This document shows, piece after piece, positions 18,482 through 27,988 of a stretch of DNA of 64,000 bases. Numbering within the stretch: position 1 is the first letter of the stretch; the number at the start of each line of letters is the position of its first letter. Below the pieces are notes generated by a model. The model had not been told where the DNA came from, searched no databases, and worked only from the letters and a program-made list of their open reading frames with translations. This stretch comes from an archaeon GW2011_AR15 (GTDB lineage Archaea > Nanobdellota > Nanobdellia > Woesearchaeales > GW2011-AR15): positions 768,001-832,000 of the forward strand of contig CP010425.1 in NCBI GenBank assembly GCA_000830295.1, read 5' to 3'. The position numbers and the translations under genes are program-made.

Positions 18482-19336
18482 ATGATAGATACAGCATTCC
18501 TGTCGCAGCTGAAAAGGTTCCATATAATAGTAAATAAGAAAGTTACAAGCAGCTTTACAGGGAGCAGGAGAAGCCATTCTGCAGGGCAGGGAATAGTCAT
18601 AAGCGATTTTAGGCCGTATACGCCAGGAGACGATTTCAGGGCTATTGACTGGAAAGTATACGCAAGGACAGACGAGTTCTTCATTAAGAGATATGAAGAG
18701 GAGAAAAACCTGACAACGCATGTACTTCTTGATGCAAGCAAGAGCATGGACTACGGGACTGCGAAGAGGACTAAATTTGAATATGCCTCTATGCTGGCGC
18801 TGGGCTTTGCCTACCTGAGCATGAGGGATAATGAAAGGTATACGCTCTCTCTTATATCCGACAAGACGGATTATCTTAGGGCAAAAAGGAGCTCCAACCA
18901 GATACTTGGTTTTCTCAACCATCTGAATAAGATCAAATGCAAAGGAGTCATACGGTTTGAAGAAGAGGTGAAGAAGTACAGGAAATCAATAAAATCAAAA
19001 TCCCTTGTTGTCATAATCTCCGATTTCCTTTTTGACGTCGAGCAGATAAAGAGCACGCTGCACCTTTTCAAGCATCACGAGGTGAAAGTAATACAGATAC
19101 TGGACCAGTCAGAGACTAATTTCAAGGTTTATGGCTCTGTAATCCTTGAGGACGCTGAGACAGGAAAAGAGCTTGAGACATATGTAACAGAGCAAAAAAG
19201 GCAGGAGTTTAGGGAAAGGCTGTACAAGCACATCACAGAAATAGAGCATGAAACCAAGAGCATAGGCGGGAAATTTTTCCTTTTCTCGACAGAAGAGCCG
19301 TTATTTGATGCTTTTTACAGGATTGTCAACACATAA
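18482..19336 (+). CDS. DUF58-domain protein (MoxR partner)
   Basis: RPYTPGDDFRAIDWKVYAR, LLDASKSM, IISDF. Confidence 0.93.
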   Translation: MIDTAFLSQLKRFHIIVNKKVTSSFTGSRRSHSAGQGIVISDFRPYTPGDDFRAIDWKVYARTDEFFIKRYEEEKNLTTHVLLDASKSMDYGTAKRTKFEYASMLALGFAYLSMRDNERYTLSLISDKTDYLRAKRSSNQILGFLNHLNKIKCKGVIRFEEEVKKYRKSIKSKSLVVIISDFLFDVEQIKSTLHLFKHHEVKVIQILDQSETNFKVYGSVILEDAETGKELETYVTEQKRQEFRERLYKHITEIEHETKSIGGKFFLFSTEEPLFDAFYRIVNT

Positions 19337-19338
19337 AC

Positions 19339-20007
19339 TCACTTCTTCTCCGCAACCACCTCGAGATAAGAGGAGCCGTTGTCTATATTCCTTTCCTCAC
19401 ACATTATTATATTAAAATCTTTGAATAGCTCCTCGACATATTCTGAACTGAAAAAATGCCTCACATAGCCTGTCTCGTCTTGATACATGTCCTTTTCAAG
19501 CTCTTTTCCCTTGCCGTAATTTCTGTCATTTACTGATTTCACCTGGAACATGAACAGACCCTCACTTTTCAGCACTCTTTTTATCTCTGAAACTATCTTC
19601 CTAAGCTCCTTGTCAGTAAAATAATGCAGCCCAAGCCTGGAATAGGCAAATTCAAACGAATCATCCTCAAAAGGCAGGCCTTCTGAAATCTCTTTGACGA
19701 GGGCAGAAATGAACAGGCTGTATTTTTTCTGAAGTTCATTAAATTGTTTCATAGCTTCAGGAGAATAGTCCAGAGCGCTCACTTTTAGGCCTTTATTATG
19801 GAAGAATATGCTGTCAGCACCTTTTCCGCAGCACAGATCCAGCAACCTGCCGCTTTTTCTCTTAATAAAATTAGCATAGCACAGCTTTGCAAAACCCGTA
19901 ACCTGATTGTATTTTCCTGCAGATTCCCTGTGCTTTTCATCCCATATTTTCTTATCGAACATCTGATACTCACTTTTCTTATGTATTCTTATATTTTTCC
20001 CATTCAA
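19339..20007 (-). CDS. Class I SAM-dependent methyltransferase
   Basis: LLDLCCGKG, LPFEDDSFE, RVLKSEG; true start may be the internal MFDKK. Confidence 0.9.
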   Translation of the reverse strand: MNGKNIRIHKKSEYQMFDKKIWDEKHRESAGKYNQVTGFAKLCYANFIKRKSGRLLDLCCGKGADSIFFHNKGLKVSALDYSPEAMKQFNELQKKYSLFISALVKEISEGLPFEDDSFEFAYSRLGLHYFTDKELRKIVSEIKRVLKSEGLFMFQVKSVNDRNYGKGKELEKDMYQDETGYVRHFFSSEYVEELFKDFNIIMCEERNIDNGSSYLEVVAEKK

Positions 20008-20241
20008 ACTTTCTTTTATTTATTATCTATATTGAAATAAATATTCTATTTGTCGATATTATTCAATATTATAGTTTATATAATGACTTTTTGATAAAAT
20101 ATCGAATAAATATGTTATTATATAAAATACCGAAAAAATTCGTTAAAATTATAAAATAGTAAAAACTTCAATTTTCTAAAATCATTAAAGATTCTTAAGA
20201 ATAATTAAATATTTTAATCAAAAATTAAAATAAATAATAAT

Positions 20242-20757
20242 CTAATTTTCATCAGGAGAATTGGAATGGGATTCCTTCTGTCTCATAGTCTCAGATATCT
20301 TTTCTTTTTTTATTGAATTCTGCAGCTCCCTTACATATTTCAGTGTCAATTCCAGATTATTTTTTATTTTCACAGCCGCTTTTTCAAATGCATTCTCAAG
20401 AGTAGCTCCGTTGAGCTTATATCCTATGATAACCTTGCCCTCAAATATATAGCTTGTCTTGATGATAAGGTCAAGATCAATCCACCGCTTTATGTAGTCA
20501 TACATTGTCTGCCGTGTTATGCCTGCGACATTTCCCATTTCCTCAACTGTGAGGACTGCCAACTCAGGCTTTTTCTCTTTGGCAGAGAGTTTTATCCTTT
20601 CATATAGCTCTATCAGGACCCGATACATCTGCTCAGTTGAGCCGACTTTTCTGGGAGAAAGGCCCATCCTACTTATCACTATGGTCGCCAGTTCTTTAGA
20701 ATCCGGGTTCATAGAGGAGGGTTCTTTCTGCGTGAGATAAAATGCTCTTCTGGCCAT
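20242..20757 (-). CDS. Winged helix-turn-helix DNA-binding protein
   Basis: LTVEEMGNVAGITRQTMYDYIKRWIDLDLI HTH followed by a beta-wing and a C-terminal helix. Confidence 0.75.
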   Translation of the reverse strand: MARRAFYLTQKEPSSMNPDSKELATIVISRMGLSPRKVGSTEQMYRVLIELYERIKLSAKEKKPELAVLTVEEMGNVAGITRQTMYDYIKRWIDLDLIIKTSYIFEGKVIIGYKLNGATLENAFEKAAVKIKNNLELTLKYVRELQNSIKKEKISETMRQKESHSNSPDEN

Positions 20758-21019
20758 AAGTGAGATTATTGTATAATTGCCTTATATATTTTTGTATTTT
20801 GCCGACAGGCCAGGCAGTTCATGTATAGCCGGTTATACACAAAGCTAAAACATAGAATTACTTACTAATTTACTTCTGAAGTAGAGATATATGATTAAAA
20901 TCTGTTATCAAACCTAAAATAAGCCGTTTTTTCATTTTATTGGCAGCTTAAGGCACAGAAATGCAGGCTAAAAAAGCCTGTTTTTTGCATTTTCTCAGCT
21001 GAAAATCAAGTTTCAGAAA

Positions 21020-21228
21020 TATTCGGGATAATACCATATTACCCATAAGACACAAAAATGGCAGATTTGGAGATTATGCCATCGCAGTCAAAATAATCCC
21101 GACAGGTTTGGCATAATTCCGACAAAATAGTTCAACCCTGTTTGAGGCTATAGGCCCCCCTAATGAATGGAAGTATGGCAATCTAAGGGTAGTTAGGTAA
21201 GTTCTATGGGACTTGTCGGGATATTGCC
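21020..21228. repeat. Cluster of imperfect (GGCA)WWATYCCGACA repeats in both orientations
   Basis: ATAATCCCGACAG 21093-21105; GGCATAATTCCGACAA 21110-21125; inverted GGCAATATCCCGACAA 21213-21228; partial inverted copies near 21021-21033 and 21067-21080. Confidence 0.6.
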
Positions 21229-21313
21229 GTTTGGCTAGTCCAGTATACTTTTTTGGTAATTTTCGAAGATAAGTTTTTATATCGGGTTTTTACATAAAAT
21301 TAGGGTGATGTTT

Positions 21314-21499
21314 ATGCCAATTGTCAGAATTGACCTGTGGGCCGGAAGGACTCCGGAAATAAAGGAGAAGCTAATACAGAATGTTTCAAAGGCAGTAGCA
21401 GAGACTATAGGCAAGCCTGTTGATCATGTAACCGTAATCATCAATGATGTGCCGAAAGAGAACTGGGGAGCAAAAGGGATACAGGCTTCTAAACTATAG
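21314..21499 (+). CDS. 4-oxalocrotonate tautomerase family protein
   Basis: MPIVRIDLWAGRTPEIK with catalytic Pro1, VPKENWG; SD GGGTGA. Confidence 0.92.
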   Translation: MPIVRIDLWAGRTPEIKEKLIQNVSKAVAETIGKPVDHVTVIINDVPKENWGAKGIQASKL

Positions 21500-21504
21500 C
21501 TTCA

Positions 21505-21720
21505 AAACATTATTTTTAATTATCTATCTCTTAACCTATCTAATATAAAATATATTTTATAAATATATTTTTCAATATTGTAATTAAATTTATTTTAATT
21601 TTATAAAATATTATAATTTTTGATTAAATATTTTAGTTAATTTTTAATATTAAATATTTTTATAAATAATTAAATATTTTAATCAGTATTTTTCGCCTCT
21701 TTTTCGAAAAGATTTATAAC
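21505..21720. other. Extremely AT-rich non-coding tract
   Basis: About 200 bp almost devoid of G/C; a similar tract lies at about 20010-20240. Confidence 0.7.
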
Positions 21721-21741
21721 CATATAAAGCATTTTAATCTT

Positions 21742-21909
21742 ATGGCTGACTTACGGGACAGGGAGTTAAATAAGAAGCTGAGGGAACTCAAAAAACAGGA
21801 TATACCTTCTGCTGAAGATATTAAGAAAAAAAGTGAGAGATTGGAAGAAAAAGAAGAGTCTTTCCTGAAAAAATTCTTTAAAAGAATTAGCAGTAAAAAA
21901 AGGAAATAG
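21742..21909 (+). CDS. Small charged hypothetical protein (55 aa)
   Basis: MADLRDRELNKKLREL...FLKKFFKRISSKKRK*; TATA-like TTTATAA upstream; 7 nt before the next gene. Confidence 0.6.
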   Translation: MADLRDRELNKKLRELKKQDIPSAEDIKKKSERLEEKEESFLKKFFKRISSKKRK

Positions 21910-21916
21910 TTGCCAT

Positions 21917-22537
21917 ATGCCAAAAACTCCTGCAAATAGTGTGGTTCTGGAATTTGTAAACAAGATTTTCTTAGAGTATAGTCCGCAATATCACAGCATC
22001 AAGAAGATAGCTGAGCGTGATCTTGGTCAGGAACTGATAGATAAGATACATGAATTCCTTAAGGACAGAGAAAAATTAAAGCCGATCCAGAGCCTCAAAA
22101 AAATCATATTTGAGGACCCCTCCAATGTAGGTGAAGAGGATATAAATGACATTGTAGATGCCTTCATAAAGATGAGGTCTCAGGGGACGCTTGCTGAAAT
22201 TGATAAAAAGAGTATAGATGATATACTGATATTGTTCAACCAGTGGATAATGATAGGCAAAGAGCACGGGCATAGTGTATTGCCGGGGAACGTATATATC
22301 CCGCCGTCAAATAGTGAGGCAAGCCAGAACCTTGAGCAGCAGATAATGCAGATGGAGCCAAGCTTCAGGAACCAGGAGCTTTATCCGGACTTCAGGACAA
22401 AGAGCCTTTATTCAAATGCGAACACAGAGTTCTATGAATCTCTAAAAGACCAGGGAGAATTCCGCTTCGGTGAGGATGATGGCAAGAGCATTTATGAGTC
22501 AAAGGCCACCTACAAGGCGCAGAAAGGGACTTTTTAG
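21917..22537 (+). CDS. Hypothetical protein
   Basis: 206-aa ORF with no motif recognised. Confidence 0.7.
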   Translation: MPKTPANSVVLEFVNKIFLEYSPQYHSIKKIAERDLGQELIDKIHEFLKDREKLKPIQSLKKIIFEDPSNVGEEDINDIVDAFIKMRSQGTLAEIDKKSIDDILILFNQWIMIGKEHGHSVLPGNVYIPPSNSEASQNLEQQIMQMEPSFRNQELYPDFRTKSLYSNANTEFYESLKDQGEFRFGEDDGKSIYESKATYKAQKGTF

Positions 22538-22572
22538 CAAATTATATAAAATCACTAACTAAATTAGTTTCT

Positions 22573-23199
22573 ATGGCATCTGATGACCTGCAGAATATGT
22601 CCTCCAGCGAGATTCTGGAGCTACAGAAAAAGAACTGTATATTCTGCAAAATAATAAGCAAAGAAATACCTTCTAATGAGATATATTCTGATGACAGGGT
22701 TATGGTTATCCTTGATATAAATCCAGCAGCAGAAGGGCACTGTATTATCCTGCCGAAACAGCATTATCAGATACTGCCACAGATACCTGATGAGCTCGTC
22801 GGGTATTTATTCAAGACAGCCAAGAAAATATCAAAATCGCTCCTGAAATCCCTTGCTGTGCAGGGTACTACAATATTTGTGGCAAACGGCGGCCTTGCCG
22901 GCCAGAAAGCACCCCATTTTATGCTTCATGTCATCCCACGAAAACCAGGCGATTTGCTGTTCCGGCTGCCAAAAAACAACATGGATGAGAAAGAGCTTGA
23001 TGCTGTCCAGGGATTGCTATCACTGATGAAAAAGCCGGAAAAAAAACAGCAGGCAAAAGAACAGAAAGAGAAGGCTGAGGAGAAGCCGAAAAAGAAGCCA
23101 GTAAAAAAAGAAAGAGAGGCCAAGCCAAAACCAGACAAGTCTGCAAAAGTAAACATTGATGATATTGCCGGCCTTTTCCTTGGAGGGAAAAATGGCTGA
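22573..23199 (+). CDS. HIT-family protein with a degenerate triad (HFMLH)
   Basis: CIFCKI, LDINPAAEGH, NG..AGQKAPHFMLHVIPR. Confidence 0.88.
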   Translation: MASDDLQNMSSSEILELQKKNCIFCKIISKEIPSNEIYSDDRVMVILDINPAAEGHCIILPKQHYQILPQIPDELVGYLFKTAKKISKSLLKSLAVQGTTIFVANGGLAGQKAPHFMLHVIPRKPGDLLFRLPKNNMDEKELDAVQGLLSLMKKPEKKQQAKEQKEKAEEKPKKKPVKKEREAKPKPDKSAKVNIDDIAGLFLGGKNG

Positions 23200-23737
23200 A
23201 TGCGACATCTGCGCCATCCTGAAGAATAAGGAAGAGTTCAGGTTTATCTACGAGGATGAGAAGTGTTTTGCACTCCTTCACGAAAGCCCCGCAGTCCTTG
23301 GTCATACACTTGTAATTCCGAAGCAGCATGCAGCTATACTTGAGGAGCTTGAGGAAGAGATAGTGGAGCATCTTTTTGTTGTCTGCAACAAGATGTCCAC
23401 GCTGCTCTTTGAAAGGCTGAAAGTCCATGGTACGAATATCATTTTAAATAACGGGCATGCTGCAGGCCAGGAGCTTAACCATGTTACTATAAGCGTGCTT
23501 CCAAGAAAAGAAAATGATAAGCTGGATCTGGAATGGGAGCCGAAAAAAGCAACAGAGCAGGAATTAAAGGCAGTTGCCTCAATAATAAAATCAGCCTCGG
23601 ATATAGTTTTTGCAGCAAAAGGGAGTTCTCATAGCACAAAAACTGCAGAACATAATTCTCATGAAACTGAATATCATAATGAAGAAGAAAAAATAGAAGA
23701 AAATTATATGGCTAAAGCATTCAGAAGAACGCCTTAG
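23192..23737 (+). CDS. HIT-family protein with a degenerate triad (HVTIS)
   Basis: CDIC, PAVLGHTLVIPKQH, NNG.AAGQELNHVTISVLPR; SD GGAGGG; overlaps the upstream stop. Confidence 0.85.
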   Translation: MAECDICAILKNKEEFRFIYEDEKCFALLHESPAVLGHTLVIPKQHAAILEELEEEIVEHLFVVCNKMSTLLFERLKVHGTNIILNNGHAAGQELNHVTISVLPRKENDKLDLEWEPKKATEQELKAVASIIKSASDIVFAAKGSSHSTKTAEHNSHETEYHNEEEKIEENYMAKAFRRTP

Positions 23738-24288
23738 GATGTAGCTGCAATACCATTATCCCATGTAACAGCTGAACAGTCATCAAAGGTATCAACTGTT
23801 TCCTCATCAAACTCAAGTTCTGGCTTTGTGCATGTTATTGTTGTGGCTGCTGCAATCTGAGGGCTTATTGAGATAAATGATACTTCACCATTGTTATCTC
23901 CTGTACCGCCGAATCGGAAGCTGAACTCGCCCAGTGTGCCTGTTGTAAGGTCAGTGGTATATGTTGTTGAGTTGGCACCATCATCTCCCAGTACAGTAAC
24001 CTGCCATCCTGTGATGTCCTTTGTTCCTGTATTTTTCATGTATAATGTGACATTACCAATTGTTGAGTTTGTGACGTTGAGGCACATCCTGTACTTGCTG
24101 GATACAGTGATCAGGTCGACATCGACATCAACACCGCATTCCAGAAGGTCACTCTGCTGCTCAACGGACTGGGTCTGCTCACTTACCAGTCCCTGGATAA
24201 CAACCATAATAGCTGCGCCTATGGACACTGTAATCATGACCAACAGAACAGTAGCTATCAAAGGGGAAACTGCATTTTTGTTCATCAT
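23734..24288 (-). CDS. Archaeal type IV pilin (class III signal peptide)
   Basis: NKNA|VSPLIATVLLVMITV; SD AGGTGA puts the start at ATG 24288. Confidence 0.88.
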   Translation of the reverse strand: MMNKNAVSPLIATVLLVMITVSIGAAIMVVIQGLVSEQTQSVEQQSDLLECGVDVDVDLITVSSKYRMCLNVTNSTIGNVTLYMKNTGTKDITGWQVTVLGDDGANSTTYTTDLTTGTLGEFSFRFGGTGDNNGEVSFISISPQIAAATTITCTKPELEFDEETVDTFDDCSAVTWDNGIAATS

Positions 24289-24433
24289 TTTTATACTCAC
24301 CTTATTTTATATCCTTGGTTCTTAATTAAGTTCTTCCCTATTTACTATTTAAATCTTTCTGTGTTCGCATATCAAAAGAAAGGAATAAGAGGTTCCACAA
24401 GATTTTTAAAGCATGTAGATTTCCACAGCACCA

Positions 24434-24697
24434 ATGGAAGGAGTAATAGTCAGTTTCAGAAGGGGAAGAAGAACCCAGAATATGCACCAGATGATAATTG
24501 AGGTTGTTGGTGTAGATACAAAAGAGAAAGCTGAGAAGCTGGTTGGCAAGACGGTTACATGGGAAACTCCAGGAAAGGCCAAAAAAGTTCTTAAAGGAAA
24601 GATAACAGCTGCCCATGGCGGAAAAGGCGCCGTGAGGTCATTATGGGAAACAGGTGTTCCGGGCCAGGCAGTCGGTACAAAAGTTAAAGTTGAATAA
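24434..24697 (+). CDS. rpl35ae: 50S ribosomal protein L35Ae
   Basis: SFRRGRRTQN, GKITAAHGGKGAVR, GVPGQAVG. Confidence 0.93.
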   Translation: MEGVIVSFRRGRRTQNMHQMIIEVVGVDTKEKAEKLVGKTVTWETPGKAKKVLKGKITAAHGGKGAVRSLWETGVPGQAVGTKVKVE

Positions 24698-25430
24698 GTT
24701 CTGTCATTTCTCTCTGGTTTGTCAGAATTCTGTTGAGCCTCATGCGCCTTGTCAGCTCTGTAAATGTATTGAGGGCAAGCTCATGCGTGTTATTATTTTG
24801 GCTTATATGCGCCAGAAAAACGGTCTTTAGCCTGCTTGAGGCATTTTCATTTACGAGAAGACCGGCATCAACATTTGAAAGATGTCCGGTATCACCCAAT
24901 ATCCTCTGTTTTAGGTGATATGGATAAGGCCCGTCAAGCACCATGTCAATATCATGGTTTGTTTCAATGACAAGCGCATCAGCATTGTTCGCTATCCTTT
25001 CCACAGCACCATCGTATTTTCCTAAATCAGTAAATACCCCGAGTGATTTTATTTTGTTCTTTATATGGAATCCGACAGGGTCAGCAGCATCATGGCTTAC
25101 AGAAACAGGTGTTATAGCCATCTCCCTGAATTTAAATTCGCTATTCCCAAAAAAATTTGCACGGATGCTTAAGGGAAGCGCACCATGAGTCTTCTTATTC
25201 ATGAAGACAGGAATGCCAAGCCTGTCCAGCCGTTCAAGCCCACTTATATGGTCTGCATGCTCATGGGTTACGAAAACCCCGTGTATGTCAGAAATATCTT
25301 TCCCGATTTCTTTAAGGGAGTTTATAATTTGTCTTGCCGAGATGCCTGCATCAATAAGGATAGAAGTCTCATCGGTCTCAACATAAGTGCAGTTGCCTGA
25401 GCTGCCTGATGCAAAAACAGATGTTCTCAT
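24684..25430 (-). CDS. MBL-fold metallo-hydrolase (YycJ/WalJ-like)
   Basis: ASGSSGN, THEHADH, SHDAADP, ETNHD, GHLSN, LAHISQNNN. Confidence 0.9.
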   Translation of the reverse strand: MRTSVFASGSSGNCTYVETDETSILIDAGISARQIINSLKEIGKDISDIHGVFVTHEHADHISGLERLDRLGIPVFMNKKTHGALPLSIRANFFGNSEFKFREMAITPVSVSHDAADPVGFHIKNKIKSLGVFTDLGKYDGAVERIANNADALVIETNHDIDMVLDGPYPYHLKQRILGDTGHLSNVDAGLLVNENASSRLKTVFLAHISQNNNTHELALNTFTELTRRMRLNRILTNQREMTELIQL

Positions 25431-25493
25431 GCATTAACCTGTTTAAAACTCACTATAAATAGTTTTTGGTGGATAAGCAGCTATATTTTTGAA

Positions 25494-27950
25494 TTAGCTG
25501 ATAACCCTGCTGACATTATCAATCTTGTTTATCCTGAGGATACTATCTACATAACTTTCCATCTTTGGCTCATGGCTGACTATTATTGTCTGTTTCATAT
25601 CAAGTGCCCTGAGCACATCCCTTACTTTGTCAAGCTGCTCTGTTGAAAATCCATCTGTGGGCTCATCCAGTATTATTAACTCCTTGGTTCTTATCCTTGG
25701 TATAAGGTCATTTATAACCCTGTTCAGGGCAAGCCTGTAGGCAAGCGCGACAGAAGTCTTCTCTCCGCCTGAAAGACCTTCAACAGAAGCCTCATATCCG
25801 TCCTGAATTACTCTGACAGAAAACTCCTCATCCAGCTCAATGTCAATATCATCTATCAGAATCGAGAACCATTCTTTGACAAGAGAATTGAACTCCCTGT
25901 GTATTGAGACCATGATGTGTTTTTCCATTGTAGACATTAGATTCAGGAAGAATGATTCAAACCAGTTGAGTATAAGATTCAATTCTTTTATTTTCTCCTT
26001 TACCTTGTCCATTTCCCTTATCCTCTTCCTTATATCTTCAATATTTTCCCGCAGGTATTTCCTTTCCTGAGTGAGAGAAACAATATCTATCTCAGCGGCT
26101 TTCTGCTTTTCCAGAGCCTCCTCAAGCTTTTTCTTCTGTTTTTCATGAAGATCGGAGATTGCGGAATATGCATTAATGCCTTTTTCCAATTCCTTAATCT
26201 CTTTTAGCGCAACTTCAAGCTCTTTTTTAGCTTTTTCAAGGTCTTCCCTTAGCTTATCTGATTCTTCCTTTTCCTGCTTTTCCAGTTCAGCGATATTTTT
26301 CTTTTCTCTGTATCTAAGATTATTGTCTCTTGCAGCAGAGAGCTCTTTTTTTACGGAATCTATCTGCTGCTTTAGTGCAGTTTCATCTTCAAGCTTCTTT
26401 TCACCAATCTCTATTTTCTTTTCATAGAGCCTGCTGAGCTCTTTCTGCTTCTTTACTATCTGTGAGGCAGCGGATTCCATCTCTGCCAGCTTCTGCTTCA
26501 GCTCGCTTCTTGACTCCTGAAGACCTGCTATTTTTCCAATATTTTTCCTCAGCTTTTCCATATTTTTGGAAATTTTCTCTGCAATCCCATTTATTTTTTT
26601 CCACTCTTCCTGATTCTGCCTGATTGAGTCTTCTTCCTTTTCTGCGACTTCCCGCCTGTGTTTCTCATCCAGGCTGCGCCTGCATGTAGGGCAGATCTCT
26701 GCAGTTTTTATCTGCTCTATAATCTTTTCAGAGTTTCTTATCTTTATCTCGCACTTCTGGAGCGCAAAGTTGGCTTTTTTATCTTTTTCAAGAAGGTCCT
26801 CCAGCATCTTTTCCTGCTCTGCTTTTTTTGCGATGCTCTTCTCAAGCCCTTCTATCTTATCCTTTAGTATGATTGACTCTCTTGATTTCTTGGACATCTC
26901 TTTTACCTCATCTTCAAGAGACTTAATCTGCTCTGCATATATCCCAAGCTTTTCCCTGACAGAAAATTTTTCTTTTACAACTTCAGAATGTTTTTCCTGC
27001 AGCCCTGAAAGAGTCTCTTCAAGTTCTTTCTCATGCTTCAGCTCTCTTATCTCAGCATAACCTCTAAGCTTTTTTCCAAGAGTCTCTATTTTCTTTTTTG
27101 ATTCCTCTGCTTTGCTGTCCAGAGTGTCAATGACAGATTTTTTTGCCCCTGCCTGCGCTTTCTTCACTTCAAGGTTTTTCTTCAGCTCATTGTACTTTTC
27201 TATATCCTTCTCATGTTCCCTTAAAACAGTTTTTTCCCTGTTTACAATTTCTCCCAAGACTACAAGATATTTATCTTTTTTTGATATCTCCTGCTCTACT
27301 AGACTTTCTTTTTTTTCTTTTTCCTCCAGCTCCCCAGAAATCTCGCCATAACCTTCCAGCCTGACATTCAGTTCAGAAATTCTCCTTTTTACTTCTCTTA
27401 CAAAGATTACAGAATTCTCCTTTACTGACTTATACCTGTCTATACCAAACACCTTTCTTAAGGTGTCAAGCCTGAGGTCTTTATCTTCAAAGATTATTTC
27501 TTTCATCTCTTCCTGGGCAGTATAAACAGTAAACCTGTATATCAGGGATTTTGACTTTGTAATAAGCTCTTCAGGATAGCCAAGTATTTCTATTATTTTT
27601 GCCTTAAGCTCAACAGGAGTCGCCTCCAGCTTCTTCCCGTTTACAAGAAGATAGCCGCTGTCCTGAGTTACAGAAGCCTTTCCCCTCCTGAGAGTCCTTT
27701 TTATTACATACTCTGTCTTGTCTATCTCAAACTTTAATTCAACAGAGCCTTTGCTTGCGCTGTGCCTGAGCAATGCTGCGCCGCTCAGTCCTGAACGCAA
27801 TATCCCAAAAAGGGCAAACTCGACAGCCAGAAGAACAGTTGATTTTCCGGACCCAATGTCCCCGCTGAGCAGCACAGAGCCGCTGGGAAAATCTATTTTC
27901 TCACTTATGTAGGTTCTTATGTTTTCAAGCTTTAATGAGCGGAGAATCAT
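25494..27950 (-). CDS. rad50: Rad50/SbcC SMC-family ATPase
   Basis: Walker A GDIGSGKST, coiled coil with CPTC zinc hook, LSGGE, ILDEPT, IVSH. Confidence 0.9.
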   Translation of the reverse strand: MILRSLKLENIRTYISEKIDFPSGSVLLSGDIGSGKSTVLLAVEFALFGILRSGLSGAALLRHSASKGSVELKFEIDKTEYVIKRTLRRGKASVTQDSGYLLVNGKKLEATPVELKAKIIEILGYPEELITKSKSLIYRFTVYTAQEEMKEIIFEDKDLRLDTLRKVFGIDRYKSVKENSVIFVREVKRRISELNVRLEGYGEISGELEEKEKKESLVEQEISKKDKYLVVLGEIVNREKTVLREHEKDIEKYNELKKNLEVKKAQAGAKKSVIDTLDSKAEESKKKIETLGKKLRGYAEIRELKHEKELEETLSGLQEKHSEVVKEKFSVREKLGIYAEQIKSLEDEVKEMSKKSRESIILKDKIEGLEKSIAKKAEQEKMLEDLLEKDKKANFALQKCEIKIRNSEKIIEQIKTAEICPTCRRSLDEKHRREVAEKEEDSIRQNQEEWKKINGIAEKISKNMEKLRKNIGKIAGLQESRSELKQKLAEMESAASQIVKKQKELSRLYEKKIEIGEKKLEDETALKQQIDSVKKELSAARDNNLRYREKKNIAELEKQEKEESDKLREDLEKAKKELEVALKEIKELEKGINAYSAISDLHEKQKKKLEEALEKQKAAEIDIVSLTQERKYLRENIEDIRKRIREMDKVKEKIKELNLILNWFESFFLNLMSTMEKHIMVSIHREFNSLVKEWFSILIDDIDIELDEEFSVRVIQDGYEASVEGLSGGEKTSVALAYRLALNRVINDLIPRIRTKELIILDEPTDGFSTEQLDKVRDVLRALDMKQTIIVSHEPKMESYVDSILRINKIDNVSRVIS

Positions 27951-27988
27951 AGGCTAATGATATTTTGTTTATATAAAAAGATTGTGCA

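Noticed and set aside
20765-20795. dif-like dyad TATAA-TTGCC-TTATA
   Set aside because: The spacer is 5 nt rather than 6, and the site coincides with the TATA box of the wHTH gene.
21020-21228. Possible CRISPR array
   Set aside because: The repeats are short, imperfect, irregularly spaced and in both orientations; no cas genes are in the window.
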